Shown here: positions 40,344-52,974 of the stretch, piece by piece | Numbering within the stretch: the stretch's first letter is position 1 | How the letters are laid out: every line of letters starts with the position of its first letter | Assembly: GCA_002269645.1 (NCBI GenBank) | Contig: NIVC01001121.1 | Coordinates: 124,001 to 188,000, forward strand | DNA from: Macrostomum lignano | Lineage: Eukaryota | Direction: 5' to 3' | Length of the DNA: 64,000 bases | Position numbers and translations under genes: made by a program | The notes under the pieces: generated by a model | What the model was told of the DNA's origin: nothing | Database searches by the model: none | What the model saw: only the letters and a program-made list of their open reading frames with translations

Positions 40344-43300
40344 ATGCAAAGAAAGCGCAAATGGGAGCCAGGGAGGGGCAACTTGAAGCAGGTGGTGTTT
40401 CTAACACAGGAAGACAAGGAGCAGGGTGCTCAAGCTAGCTGGGAGCAGCTGGAAATTGTTGGAAATATTCACATCTTCCCGCCTGACCTGTGCAACATGA
40501 CCTACCTGAAGTATTTGTTCATGGGACACAATCAGCTTGCCAGCATACCGCCTGAGATCTCGTTGCTTAAGAATTTGGTGCACTTGGATCTGTCCTACAA
40601 TCAGCTGAAATCTCTGCCACCACAGATTGGCGCTTTGACTGAACTCAAGGAGCTGCACTTGCAGGTGCGTTCTGTCTTCTGCCTCTGTGGGAACACTGAC
40701 TCAAGGATCAGGAGTCATTTGACTGACTGAAGGATCAGGAGTCCCTTGACTGACTGAAGGACCAGGGGTCCCTTGACTGACTGAAGGACCAGGGGTCCCT
40801 TGACTGACTGAAGGATCAGGAGTCCCTTGACTGACTGAAGGACCAGGGGTCCCTTGACTGACTGAAGGATCAGAGGTCCCTTGACTGACTGAAGGATCAG
40901 GGGTCCCTTGACGGACTGAGGATCAGGGGTCCCTTGACGGACTGAGGATCAGGGGTCCCTTGACTGACTGAAGGATCAGAGGTCCCTTGACGGACTGAAC
41001 GATCAGAGGTCCCTTGACTGACTGAAGGATCAGGGGTCCCTTGACTGACTGAAGGATCAGGGGTCCCTTGACTGACTGAAGGATCAGGGGTCCCTTGACT
41101 GACTGAAGGATCAGAGGTCCCTTGACTGACTGAAGGATCAGGGGTCCCTTGACGGACTGAGGATCAGGGGTCCCTTGACGGACTGAGGATCAGGGGTCCC
41201 TTGACTGACTGAAGGATCAGAGGTCCCTTGACGGACTGAACGATCAGAGGTCCCTTGACTGACTGAAGGATCAGGGGTCCCTTGACGGACTGAGGATCAG
41301 GGGTCCCTTGACGGACTGAGGATCAGGGGTCCCTTGACTGACTGAAGGATCAGAGGTCCCTTGACGGACTGAACGATCAGAGGTCCCTTGACTGACTGAA
41401 GGATCAGGGGTCCCTTGACTGACTGAAGGATTAGAGGTCCCTTGACTGACTGAAGGATCAGGGGTCCCTTGACTGACTGAAGGATCAGGGGTCCCTTGAC
41501 TGACTGAAGGACCAGGGGTCCCTTGACGGACTGAAGGATCAGAGGTCCCTTGACTGACTGAAGGATCAGGGGTCCCTTGACTGACTGAAGGACCAGGGGT
41601 CCCTTGACTGACTGAAGGATCAGGGGTCCCTTGACTGACTGAAGGACCATGGGTCCTCTTTCATTGGGGGACCATTGAGTCCTCTATCTCACTGATGGAG
41701 GGACCATTGAGTACTCTTATCTCATTGAGGGACTATCTATTGAGTCCTCTATCTCACTGAGGGAGGGACCATTGAGTACTCTTATCTCATTGAGGGACCA
41801 TTGAGTCCTCTATCTCACTGATGGATGGACCATTGAGTACTCTTATCTCATTGAAGGACTATTGAGTACTTTATCTCACTGAGGGACCATGGGTCCTCTG
41901 ACTGACTGAGAGACCATAGACCATAGGTCCTCTGACTGACTGAGAGACCATGGGTCCTCTGACTGACTGAAAGACCATGGGTCCTCTGACTGACTGAAAG
42001 ACCATGGGTCCTCTGACTGACTGAAAGACCATGGGTCCTCTGACTGACTGAAAGACCATGGGTCCTCTGACTGACTGAAAGACCATGGGTCCTCTGACTG
42101 ACTGAAAGACCATGGGTCCTCTGACTGACTGAAAGACCATGAGTCCTCTGACTGACTGAAAGACCATGGGTCCTCAGACCTCAAGCATAGTGAAGGCTAT
42201 ACTTGACTGTCCTGTGCACATGCTACAAGTTCAGTCGTATCAAACCAAAAAACGAAGCATTAAAGTTTTCTTTTTACATTCTTTCAGGGCAACCAGATTC
42301 GCAACCTGCCCATGCAAATTGGCCGTCTATTCCAACTGAACGTGCTGAATTTGCACAATAATCCATTGAATCCGGAGGTGGCCCAGCTGTACAACACTGA
42401 GGGCGTGCATCGAATGCTGAGCTGGTACCTGGATAATGAAAGTGAGTTCTATTTTGTACCTGTTCACACTTGGAGGTTCTTCTTATTTTATTCATTATCT
42501 TTAAATTTGCTTTAGTGCACTGTTACCATACATCGTTCACCCACCCGATTCACCCATCGTTCACCAAACCGATTCACCAATCGTTCACCCACTTGATTCA
42601 CCAATCGTTCACCCACCCGATTCACCAGTTGTTCATCCACCTAATTCACCAGTTGTTCACCCACCCGATTCACCAGTTGTTCATCCACCTGATTCACCAG
42701 TTGTTCACCCACCCGATCCGATTCACCAGTTGTTCACCCACCCAATTCACCAAATCCTTCACCCACCCGATTCACCAGTTGTTCACCCACCCGATTCACC
42801 AGTTGTTCACCCACCCGATTCACCAGCTGTTCACCCACCCGATTCACCAGTTGTTCACCCACCCGTTTTCCCTGCTGTTCACCCACCCGATTCACCAATC
42901 GTTCACCCACCTGATTCACCCTCAGGCCTGTCGATGCCACCGCCGCCTCCGCCCAGCCGCAACTGGCGCTACCTCCGCAATCCGTCTGACGTGAACGAGA
43001 GCATCGCCTTCACCCTGATGTGCTACAACGTCCTGTGCGAAGGCTACGCCACCCGCAAGCAGTATCCCTACTGCCCCAGCTGGGCGTTGCTATGGGACTA
43101 CAGGCGCAGAGGCATCATGACGGAGATTCGAGTCTACCAAGCCGACATCATCTGCCTGCAGGAAGTGGAAACTGAACAATTCTCGGTGTTCTTCAAACCC
43201 GAACTGGCCAAAGACGGCTACGATGGAATATTCAGTCCCAAGAGCCGAGCCAAGACCATGTCGGCCAGCGAGAGTCGCTACGTTGACGGCGTTGCCATAT

Positions 43301-45675
43301 TCTGGAAGAAGGAGCGATTCACCCTCATCAAGGAGGACGTTATCGAGTTTTCGCGCATGGCCGTTGAGCGCTACGAGACCGATTGCAAGGTTAGAATTGG
43401 CTGTGTTTAACGCGGGATTTTTGAGATTATCTTTTCATTAGTTTGTTGTTAATGGGAGAATTTTCCAATATCTTATCCCTATTGTATCTACGGGAGATTT
43501 TCCCCATTCCCCATATTATATGTATGGGAGAATTTTCCAATTTCATATATGGTATCCATTGGAGATTGTTTCCATTCCATATATGGTATCCATGGGAGAT
43601 TGTTTCCATTCCATATATGGTATCCATGGGAGATTCTTCCCATTCCATATATGGTATCTATAGGAGATTCTTCCCATTCCATATATGGTATCCATGGGAG
43701 ATTGTTTCCATTCCATATATGGTATCCATGGGAGATTGTTTCCATTCCATATATGGTATCCATGGCAGAATTTTCCCATTCCATATATGGTATCCATGGG
43801 AGATTCTTCCCATTCCATATACGGTAACTATGGGAGCATCTTCCCCATTGTCAATCCCCATGGAATTTGTAGAAGTAGATAAATCTGCTCGCCCCAAGGA
43901 ACCCTATAAATTGTCTCCATTCCTATTTGTCGAATCCCAAATCCCACAGGAAAGCCAGGAGATGATAAACCGCGTGATGCTCAAAGACAACATCGCCGTG
44001 ATGGCCATCTTTGAGGTTCGCGACGAGATTAGCGGCGGCCCGCCCAGACAGATGGTGGTGTCCACCGCACACATCCACTGGGACCCGGAGTTCTGCGATG
44101 TCAAACTAATCCAGACCATACTGCTGCTGTCGGCTCTGTGGAAGAAGATCGAGAATCACATGATCGAGAGTCAGGGTGCAGATCAGAAAGGCCAGGTTGA
44201 TGTCACCAACATGCCTGTGATCATTTGCGGCGATTTCAACTCTCTGCCAGACTCCGGTGAGTGATGGCGCCTCCTATATCCTTATCTAACTTTGAGTTAA
44301 AAATTCCTAGAAATCAAAATTCTTAGAAGCTTTACGCATAAAAAGCCTGAGAATAAAAATAATAAGATATTAATTACCATAAAAAATTTCTAGTAGACCG
44401 CTTTGTTAATTTCGCATACAGGATCCGAATTCTGGATGCCAATTTTTTTAGCTAATGTGTTAATAAGTCCAGTACACTTCAGTCTGTACAGTACTCAATA
44501 TGTGCAGTACACTTCAATCTGTACAAGTGCACATCTATATGTACAGTACACCACAATATGTACAGCAGACCTCAGTATGTACGGTACACCACAATATGTA
44601 CAGCAGACCTCAATATGTACAGTTCACCTCAGTATGTATAGCACACCCTCAAAATGTACAGTACACCACAATATGTACAGCAGACCTCAATATGTACAGT
44701 ACACCTCAATATGTACAGCAGACCTCTATATGTACAGTTCACCTCAGTATGTAAGATACACTTCAATATGTACAGTACACCTCAATATGTACAGTTCACC
44801 TCAGTATGTAAGATACACTTTAATATGTACAGTACACCTCAATATGTACAGGCACACCTCAATATGTACAGTAGACTTCAATATGTACAGTAGACCTCAA
44901 TATGTACAGGCACACCTCAATATGTACAGTACACCTCAGTATGTACAGTACACCTCAATATGTACAGTTCATTTCAATAAATACAGTACACCTCAATATG
45001 TACAGTAGACTTCAATATGTACAGTAGACCTCAATATGTACAGTTCACCTCAGTATGTACAGTACACCTCAATATGTACAGTTCATTTCAATAAATATAG
45101 TACACCTCAATATGTACAGTAGACTTCAATATGTACAGCACATCTCAATATGTACAGGTACACCTCAATATGTACAGCACACTACAGCTCCATACGTGCA
45201 GTCCTGAAGCATTTCAATCCTGATCATAAATCATTAGCATTTTGCACATTTCAATGCGACTGCAGGCGTGTTCGAGTACCTCACCAACGGCCGTGTGAAG
45301 AAGTCTCACCTGGACTTCAAAGAGCTGGGCTACGAGCGAATTCTCGACCGACTGACGCCGCATCGGTCCCAGCATCAGCCTGACTACCTGGAGCAGGACT
45401 TCAACTTGTCCCGCTGCTATCAAGACGACGTCGGCATGCCCTACACGAACTATACCTACGAGTTCAAGGGCTGCATTGACTATATCTTCTTCACTGAGAG
45501 GCACTTTAATAATATTGGCTGCCTTGACATGGTGCCGGAGGCCTGGTTCCAGGAGTCCGCCATTCTTGGCTGTCCGCATCCTCACGTACCGTCCGATCAT
45601 TTCCCTCTGCTGGTTGAGCTGGAGCTCAAACCCCAGCACCACCAGCAGCAGCACAGGCAGCAGCAACAGATGTGA
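40344..45675 (+). CDS. CNOT6: CCR4/CNOT6 poly(A) deadenylase (LRR + EEP nuclease); exons 40344-40664, 42288-42441, 42926-43389, 43950-44256, 45266-45675
   Basis: LRR: LKNLVHLDLSYNQLKSLP...GRLFQLNVLNLHNNPL. Nuclease motifs: FTLMCYNVLCEGYAT, YCPSWALLW, ADIICLQEVE, AHIHWDPEFCDVKL, ICGDFNS, IDYIFF, PSDHFPL. GT-AG boundaries and phases are consistent. Confidence 0.97.
40700..42180. repeat. Composite minisatellite in CNOT6 intron 1: 27-bp AGGATCAGGGGTCCCTTGACTGACTGA (40700-41650), about 30-35-bp degenerate block (41660-41880), 27-bp GACCATGGGTCCTCTGACTGACTGAAA (41885-42180)
   Basis: Directly visible. Confidence 0.93.
42525..42920. repeat. 24-bp minisatellite CACCAGTTGTTCACCCACCCGATT (CNOT6 intron 2)
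   Basis: Directly visible. Runs up to the splice acceptor at 42925. Confidence 0.9.
43455..43860. repeat. 34-bp minisatellite CCATTCCATATATGGTATCCATGGGAGATTGTTT (CNOT6 intron 3)
   Basis: Directly visible. Confidence 0.9.
44470..45185. repeat. About 19-bp minisatellite ATGTACAGTACACCTCAAT (CNOT6 intron 4)
   Basis: Directly visible, degenerate. Confidence 0.9.
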
Positions 45676-45804
45676 TCTTTGTGAACTTTATGAGGATTTG
45701 GGTCTTAATTGCTAAACTTCGTCTTTATAATTTTAATTTATTTCGAAATCAATGTTGTGAACATCACAAAGTTTTTATTGGCTGTTGTCATTGCCCAATC
45801 TGTG

Positions 45805-47140
45805 ACTATAGTCATTGATCAATTCCTTATCTGTAACCATTGATAAGTCATTAATGAGTCATTGACTGTAGTCATTGATCAATTCTTTGTCTGTAACCAT
45901 TGATGAGTCATTGATGAGTCATTGACTGTAGTCATTGATCAATTCTTTGTCTGTAACCATTGATGAGTCATTGATCAGTCATTGACTGTAGTCATTGATC
46001 AATTCTTTGTCTGTAACCATTGATGAGTCATTGATGAGTCATTGACTGTAGTCATTGATCAATTCTTTGTCTGTAACCATTGATGAGTCATTGACTGTAG
46101 TCATTGATCAATTCTTTATCTGTAACCATTGATGAGTCATTAATGAGTCATTGACTGTAGTCATTGATCAATTCTTTATCTGTTACCATTGATGAGTCAT
46201 TGATGAGTCAGTGACTATAGTCATTGATCAATTCTTTATCTGTAACCATTGATGAGTCATTAATGAGTCATTGACTGTAGTCATTGACCAATTCTTTATC
46301 TGTTACCATTGATGAGTCATTGATGAGTCAGTGACTATAGTCATTGATCAATTCTTTATCTGTAACCATCGATGAGTCATTGATGAGTCATTAACTGTCG
46401 TCATTGATGAGTCATTGACTGTAGTCATTGATGAGTCATTGACTGTAGACATTGATGAGTCATTAACTGTAGACATTGATGAGTCATTGACTGTAGTCAT
46501 TGATGAGTCATTGACTGTAGTCATTGATGAGTCATTAACTGTAGTCATTGATGAGTCATTGACTGTAGTCATTGATGAGTCATTGACTGTAGTCATTGAT
46601 GAGTCATTGACTGTAGACATTGATGAGTCATTAACTGTAGACATTGATGAGTCATTGACTGTAGTCATTGATGAGTCATTGACTGTAGTCATTGATGAGT
46701 CATTAACTGTAGTCATTGATGAGTCATTGACTGTAGTCATTGATGAGTCATTGACTGTAGTCATTGATGAGTCATTGACTGTAGACATTGATGAGTCATT
46801 AACTGTAGACATTGATGAGTCATTGACTGTAGTCATTGATGAGTCATTGACTGTAGTCATTGATGAGTCATTAACTGTAGTCATTGATGAGTCATTAACT
46901 GTAGTCATTGATGAGTCATTGACTGTAGTCATTGATGAGTCATTGACTGTAGTCATTGACTGTAGTCATTGATGAGTCATGACTGTAGTCATTGATCAGT
47001 CATTGGCTGTAGTCATTGATGAGTCATTGACTGTAGTCATTAATGAGTCATTGACTGTAGTCATTGATGAGTCATCGAGTGTAGTCATTGATGAGAGTCA
47101 TTGACTGTAGTCATTGATGAGTCATTGATGAGTCATTGCC
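45805..47140. repeat. TGAGTCA-containing array: 48-60-bp units (45805-46370) followed by 24-bp GTAGTCATTGATGAGTCATTGACT units
   Basis: Directly visible, starting about 130 bp after the CNOT6 stop. Confidence 0.93.
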
Positions 47141-48009
47141 ATTTATTTAACTCGAGTTGTGCTGTTAATTACTGAACTAATTTAACGTGGCTGAACGATT
47201 TTTATTACACTGACTTTTTTATATCATGTTTCTCTTCTTAATCTTGTCTTTAACGAAAATAATTCTACCGTTGTTAACAGAAGCATCAAGAAACATTTCC
47301 TGATTGGAACTGCTTTATATTTTATTTTGTTTTAAATTTGTATTTGATATTTTAAACTAGTTATTTAGCTTTTCTCTTTTCGTGTTTTCCTGTTGTTTTT
47401 TGAAGTTTTTTTACTGCACTGGCTCTCTCTGCAGCAGCTATTTTTTGTGTTTTGATCTGCTTTTTTATCTGTTTGCGTGAACTCTTCTATTCTATCTTTG
47501 TGTGTGTATGTACTGTACATTGCTGTCTATTATTGTCAATGTAAATGTATGACTCATTTTTATTGAGGCTCTTTATTGCCTTACTGTACAGTAATCATGC
47601 AGTGTAGGCGTTACGTGTAAATTATCATATATATACAATAAGCATATACAACTGTAAAAATTTGTAACAAAACTTAATAAATTTGAATTTGTTTTCCAAA
47701 ACTGTCTCAGTGTCTCTACATTACTGTTAGTAGTATGTTATTAAAATTGTCTTTTGTCGTGTTGTTGTGCCTCCCTTTGTATCTCCTAATTGGCAATATC
47801 AGATTGCATATTTGATCCTTATTGTAGTTACCTGTACTGTACTGTGCTAACTGCTGTAAATCTCCGACATGCGACACATTCTTCAATAATTTGTATGTGT
47901 AATAAATCTGAAACTATTGACTATGTCGGCTAGCGTGAACAACACAGCACTATTTAATCCTCTAATCTGTTTCGTTTGGACTTTATCACTTTTATATCTG
48001 CATTTGTTG

Positions 48010-49370
48010 CTCTGGCAATGGGATTTCACTTTTGCTATGGAAATGGGATTTCACTGTTGCTATGGAAATGGGATTTCAGGGTTGCTATGGGAATTGGATT
48101 TCAGTGTTGTTATGGGAATTGGATTTCAGGGTTGCTATGGGAATGGGATTTCAGGGTTGCTATGGGAATGGAATTTCACTGTTGCTATGGAAATGGGATT
48201 TCAGTATTGCTATGGGAATTGGATTTCAGAGTTGCTATGGGAATGGGATTTCAGTGTTGCTATGGGAATGGGATTTAACTGTTGCTATGGGAATGGGATT
48301 TCAGTGTTGCTATGGGAATGGAATTTCACTGTTGCTATGGAAATGGGATTTCAGTATTGCTATGGGAATTGGATTTCAGAGTTGCTATGGGAATGGGATT
48401 TCAGTGTTGCTATGGGAATGGGATTTAACTGTTGCTATGGGAATGGGATTTCAGTGTTGCTATGGGAATGGGATTTCAGTGTTGCTATGGGAATGGGATT
48501 TTTCTGTTGCTATGGGAATGGGATTTCAGTGTTGCTATGGGAATGGGATTTCAGTGTTGCTATGGGAATGGGATTTCAGAGTTGCTATGGAAATGGGATT
48601 TCACTGTTGCTATGGGAATTGGATTTCAGGGTTGCTATGGAAATTGGATTTCACTGTTGCTATGGAAATGGGATTTCACTGTTGCTATGGAAATGGGATT
48701 TCACTGTTGCTATGGTGATAAAATTTTAATGTTGCTATAGGAATGGGATTTCAGTATTGCTATGGGAATTGGATTTCAGAGTTGCTATGGGAATGGGATT
48801 TCAGTGTTGCTATGGGAATGGGATTTCAGAGTTGCTATGGAAATGGGATTTCACTGTTGCTATGGGAATTGGATTTCAGGGTTGCTATGGGAATGGGATT
48901 TCACTGTTGCTATGGAAATGGGATTTCACTGTTGCTATGGTGATAAAATTTTAATGTTGCTATAGGAATGGGATTTCAGTATTGCTATGGGAATGGGATT
49001 TCAGAGTTGCTATGGGAATGGGATTTCAGTGTTGCTATGGGAATTGGATTTCAGAGTTGCTATGGGAATGGGATTTCAGTGTTGCTATGGGAATGGGATT
49101 TAACTGTTGCTATGGGAATTGGATTTCAGAGTTGCTATGGGAATGGGATTTCAGTGTTGCTATGGGAATTGGATTTCAGAGTTGCTATGGGAATGGGATT
49201 TCAGTGTTGCTATGGGAATGGGATTTTTCTGTTGCTATGGGCATGGGATTTTTCTGTTGCTATGGGCATGGGATTTTTCTGTTGCTATGGGCATGGGATT
49301 TTTCTGTTGCTATGGGCATGAGATTTTTCTGTTGCTATGGGAATGGGATTTCAGTGTTGCTATGGGGATA
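48010..49370. repeat. 25-bp minisatellite GTTGCTATGGGAATGGGATTTCAGT, about 54 copies
   Basis: Directly visible. Ends about 65 bp before the SLC25A51-like ATG. Confidence 0.95.
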
Positions 49371-49434
49371 GGGCTTCACAGTTGCCAACTGCATTGATTG
49401 AGAAAACGTTTCTGCAGCGAGACCGTGCAGGATC

Positions 49435-52065
49435 ATGCAGCAACAGCAGCAGCAACAGCAGGCTCTGTGGCCAAGGCCAGCTGTCTCAGTCAGCACTGCA
49501 GCTGTGCCAGCAGCCCCTCCGGCTGCTTCAGTGCTGACTGCCAGTCAGTGTTACATCTGCGGCGCCTTGTCAGCGGCCGCCAATGTCAGCGTCAGTTTCC
49601 CGTTGAATAAAATAGTGTTCAGACAGCAGCTTCATTATTGCAGATTCGCCTCGGCTGCTAAACAGGTCCTGGTGACCGAGTTTGGCACCTTGTATAGGTG
49701 AGTTGCGCTCTTGAATATTGTCTTTGCTATTGTCTAGCTATCAATGAGTCATCGCTTAGCTATCCATGAGTCACTGACTATCAATGAGTCATTACAGCTA
49801 TCAGTGACTCACTATCTCCAGTAATGAGTCATTACAGCTATCAATGACTCACTATCGCCAGTAATGAGTCATTACAGCTATCAATGACTCACTATCGCCA
49901 GTAATGAGTCATTACAGCTATCAATGACTCACTATAGCTAGCACTGAGTCATTACGAGCTATCAATGACTCACTATAGCTAGCAATGAGTCATTAGGAGC
50001 TATCAATGACTCACTATCGCTAGCAATGAGTCAGCCAGCTCAATGCTAGACATCTGCCTCTCTGCATTTCAGAGGCGCTCTGCCCCCTCTGCTCCAACGG
50101 GCCAGCAACCTGGGCATTATGTTCGGCTGTTACGCAATCGCTCGACAACACCTTGACAACAGTAGTTTATTACCAACGGTTGCTAAGAACGCCGCTGTTG
50201 CTAGGGCGGTAATGGCCGCTTCCGTTGCCGGAGCCTGCGAAGCCGCCTTAATGCCGTTCGAGCGAATTCAGACTCTGCTGCAGATGGGCAACGGTAGGCA
50301 CTCTACTGTCAGTAGTGCTTACGGACATCGCCGCGCCACTAATTTGTATCGGGATACGTTCCATGCCTTCTGCGAGCTTCGAAAACGCTATGGTGTACCG
50401 GAATTGTATCGTGGGCTCAGCGCTGTGAGTCTCGCTTTGTCTTGGAAATGACAGAAAGAATAGAAAAGATAGGGATAGAAAATCTCACCAAAGAGATTCT
50501 TTATAATGTCACTCATAGAGATTCTCCTGTAGAGCGATAGAGATTCCCCCACAGAGGGATAAAGATTCCCCTACAGAAGGATAGAGATTCCCCTACAGAG
50601 GGATAAAAATTCCCCTACAGAGGGATAGAAATTCCCCCACAGAGGGATAGAGATTCCCCCACAGAGAGATAAAGATTCCCTTACAGAGGGATAGAAATTC
50701 CCCCACAGAGAGATGGAGATTACTCTAAAGAGGGATAGAGATTCTCCTGTAGAGCGATAGAGATTCCCCCACAGAGGGATAGAGTTTCCCTTCAGAGGGA
50801 TAGATAGTCTCCTACAAAGGAATAGAGATTTCCCCACAGAGGGATAGAGATTCCTCTTATAGAGGGATAGAGATTCCCCTACAGAGGGATAGAGATTCCC
50901 CTACAAAAGGAAAGAGATTCCCCTACAGAGGGATAGAAATTCCCCTACAGAGGGATAGAGATTTCCTCACAGAGGGATAGAGATTCCTCTTATAGAGGGA
51001 TAGAGATTCCCCTACAGAGGGATAGAGATTCCCCTACAGAAGGAAAGAGATTCCCCTACAGAGGGATAGAAATTCCCCAGAGGGATAGAAATTCAGAGGG
51101 ATAGAGATTCCCCCACAGAGGGATAGAGATTCCCCTTATAGAGGTATAGAGATTCCCCTACAAAGGGATAGAGATTCTCCTACAGAGGGATAGAGATTCC
51201 CTAGCAGAGGGATAGAGATTCCCTAACAGAGGGATAGAGATTCCCTAACAGAGGGATAGAGATTCCCTAACAGAGGGATAGAGATTCCTCTAGAGATTCC
51301 CCAGAGGATAGAGATTCATAGTATAGATATTCCCCACAGGGATAGAGATTCCCCACATAGGGATAGAGATAACCCAACAAAGGGATAGAGATTCCCCACA
51401 TATGGATAGAGATAACCCACATAGGGATAGAGATTCCCCAACAAAGGGATAGAGATTCCCCTACAGAGGGATTGAGATTCTCCTACAAAGGGAGATTCCC
51501 CTACAGAGAGGGATAGAGATTCCTCTACAGAGGGATAGAGATTCTCATATATAGGATCATAGAGATGGCTTTAGATTTGAGATCTCTTGCCGTCAAGTTC
51601 TCAGACATTGACTATGCATATATTACTATGAGTTGCTATAGTAACGAAATCAACCACCAGGTCCTGCTGCGCAACTCCACCAGCACAGCTCTGTACTTTG
51701 GTCTGCGCGAGCAAACCCGGCATTGGCTGCCGCCAGCCGCAGATTCTTCAACTAGAAGCAGCAACGTCTGCGGCTTCGTCCAAGGCGCCTGCATCGGCGG
51801 CTTCGTGTCCACCCTGGTGTACCCGCTCAACGTGGCCAAATCGCATATGCAGGCCCGGGTTGGTGGCGGCTACCTCAGTCTGTCCGAGGTTCTGTCCGGC
51901 CTAGTGTCCGAGCGGAACGGCCGACTGACCGGGCTGATGCGCGGCTCTCCGGCCAACTGCTTCCGGGCAATGCTGTCCTGGGGTGTGGTGACCGCCGCCT
52001 ACGACTGGCTGGCTGACCGGCTTTTTGCTGCGTCCGCCTGCGGCTCCGTGCGACTGCGCGGATGA
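49435..52065 (+). CDS. SLC25A51: SLC25A51/MCART1-like mitochondrial carrier (NAD+ carrier family); exons 49435-49697, 50073-50424, 51661-52065
   Basis: YICGALSAAANVSVSFPLNKIVFRQQL, LYRGALPPLLQR, AGACEAALMPFERIQTLLQ, LYRGLSAVLLRN, VYPLNVAKSHMQARVGG, ANCFRAMLSWGVVTAAYDWL. Three carrier P-x-[DE] repeat equivalents, collinear with recalled SLC25A51. Confidence 0.9.
49740..50035. repeat. About 40-bp minisatellite GTAATGAGTCATTACAGCTATCAATGACTCACTATCGCCA (SLC25A51 intron 1)
   Basis: Directly visible, about 7 copies. Confidence 0.85.
50480..51550. repeat. 21-22-bp minisatellite ACAGAGGGATAGAGATTCCCC(C/T) (SLC25A51 intron 2)
   Basis: Directly visible. Confidence 0.92.
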
Positions 52066-52067
52066 GG

Positions 52068-52335
52068 GTTCTGGGATTTGGGAATAGACTGCTGGGATTT
52101 GGGAATAGACTGCTGGGATTTGGGAATAGACTGCTGGGATTTGGGAATAGACTGTTGGGATTTAGGAATAGACTGCTGGGATTTGGGAATAGACTGCTGG
52201 GATTTCGGAATAGACTGCTGGGATTTGGGAATAGACTGCTGGGATTTGGGAGTAGACTGTTGGGACTTGGGAATAGACTGCTGGGATTTGGGAATAGACT
52301 GCTGGGACTTGGGAATAGACTGCTGGGATTCGGTA
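52068..52335. repeat. 21-bp minisatellite GGGATTTGGGAATAGACTGCT, about 12 copies
   Basis: Begins directly after the SLC25A51 TGA stop. Confidence 0.92.
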
Positions 52336-52974
52336 ACAGACTGATGGGATATATATTTTTTCAAAGTTCTACGTATATATAGATTGATAGATTTTTTATA
52401 TCATAGTTGTGCGTTTTCAAATTCTAATTTACCATTACAGTAAAGAAGGTGCTACTTCCTGATTTCCGTTTACCTAATGCAGTACAGGCCGAAAATTCAA
52501 TTTTTAATCCGCCAAGCAATCCAGTTCTGCTTTATCCGCTCCGGTGTTTCTAATACGTGATTTTATAACTGATGTGTTTCTAATTATTGTACATTGCATT
52601 TTCGAATACAAGTATGTCCTAGTTCATTGTGATGGATGATATACCGGTCAATTCAATACTACATTAGGTTATTTTGGTGGATTCTAGTCTACTCAGAGTA
52701 GGTGCATAAGAAAATTGTCTTATTGTTATAGTACGCAAAATAGAAATAAAATTTTAGCCTTAACTAAAGAAACAATAAATTAATTGAAATAGACTTTTGG
52801 CATTTTAACGTTTCAATTTAATCAAAGGTACTCGAATACGTTCGTCTAATTAATGATTATTAAATAGTTAAAACACTGCAGGGTCTTCAAATTAAACGCC
52901 AGGATAGCAAACTCAGCATGCAACTTGATTAAAACAAATTTAGCATTGTGCAATTTATCAATTTAAACTCTCGT

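Noticed and set aside
46348-49397. Long repetitive ORFs (TTVNDSSM, VVIDESLT, CCYGNG/WEWDF keratin- or metallothionein-like)
   Set aside because: Direct translations of 24- and 25-bp arrays, open in multiple frames, with no unique flanking coding sequence or splice support.
28993-52335. CRISPR-like appearance of the regular arrays
   Set aside because: Units are contiguous with no unique spacers, there are no cas genes, and the context is eukaryotic.
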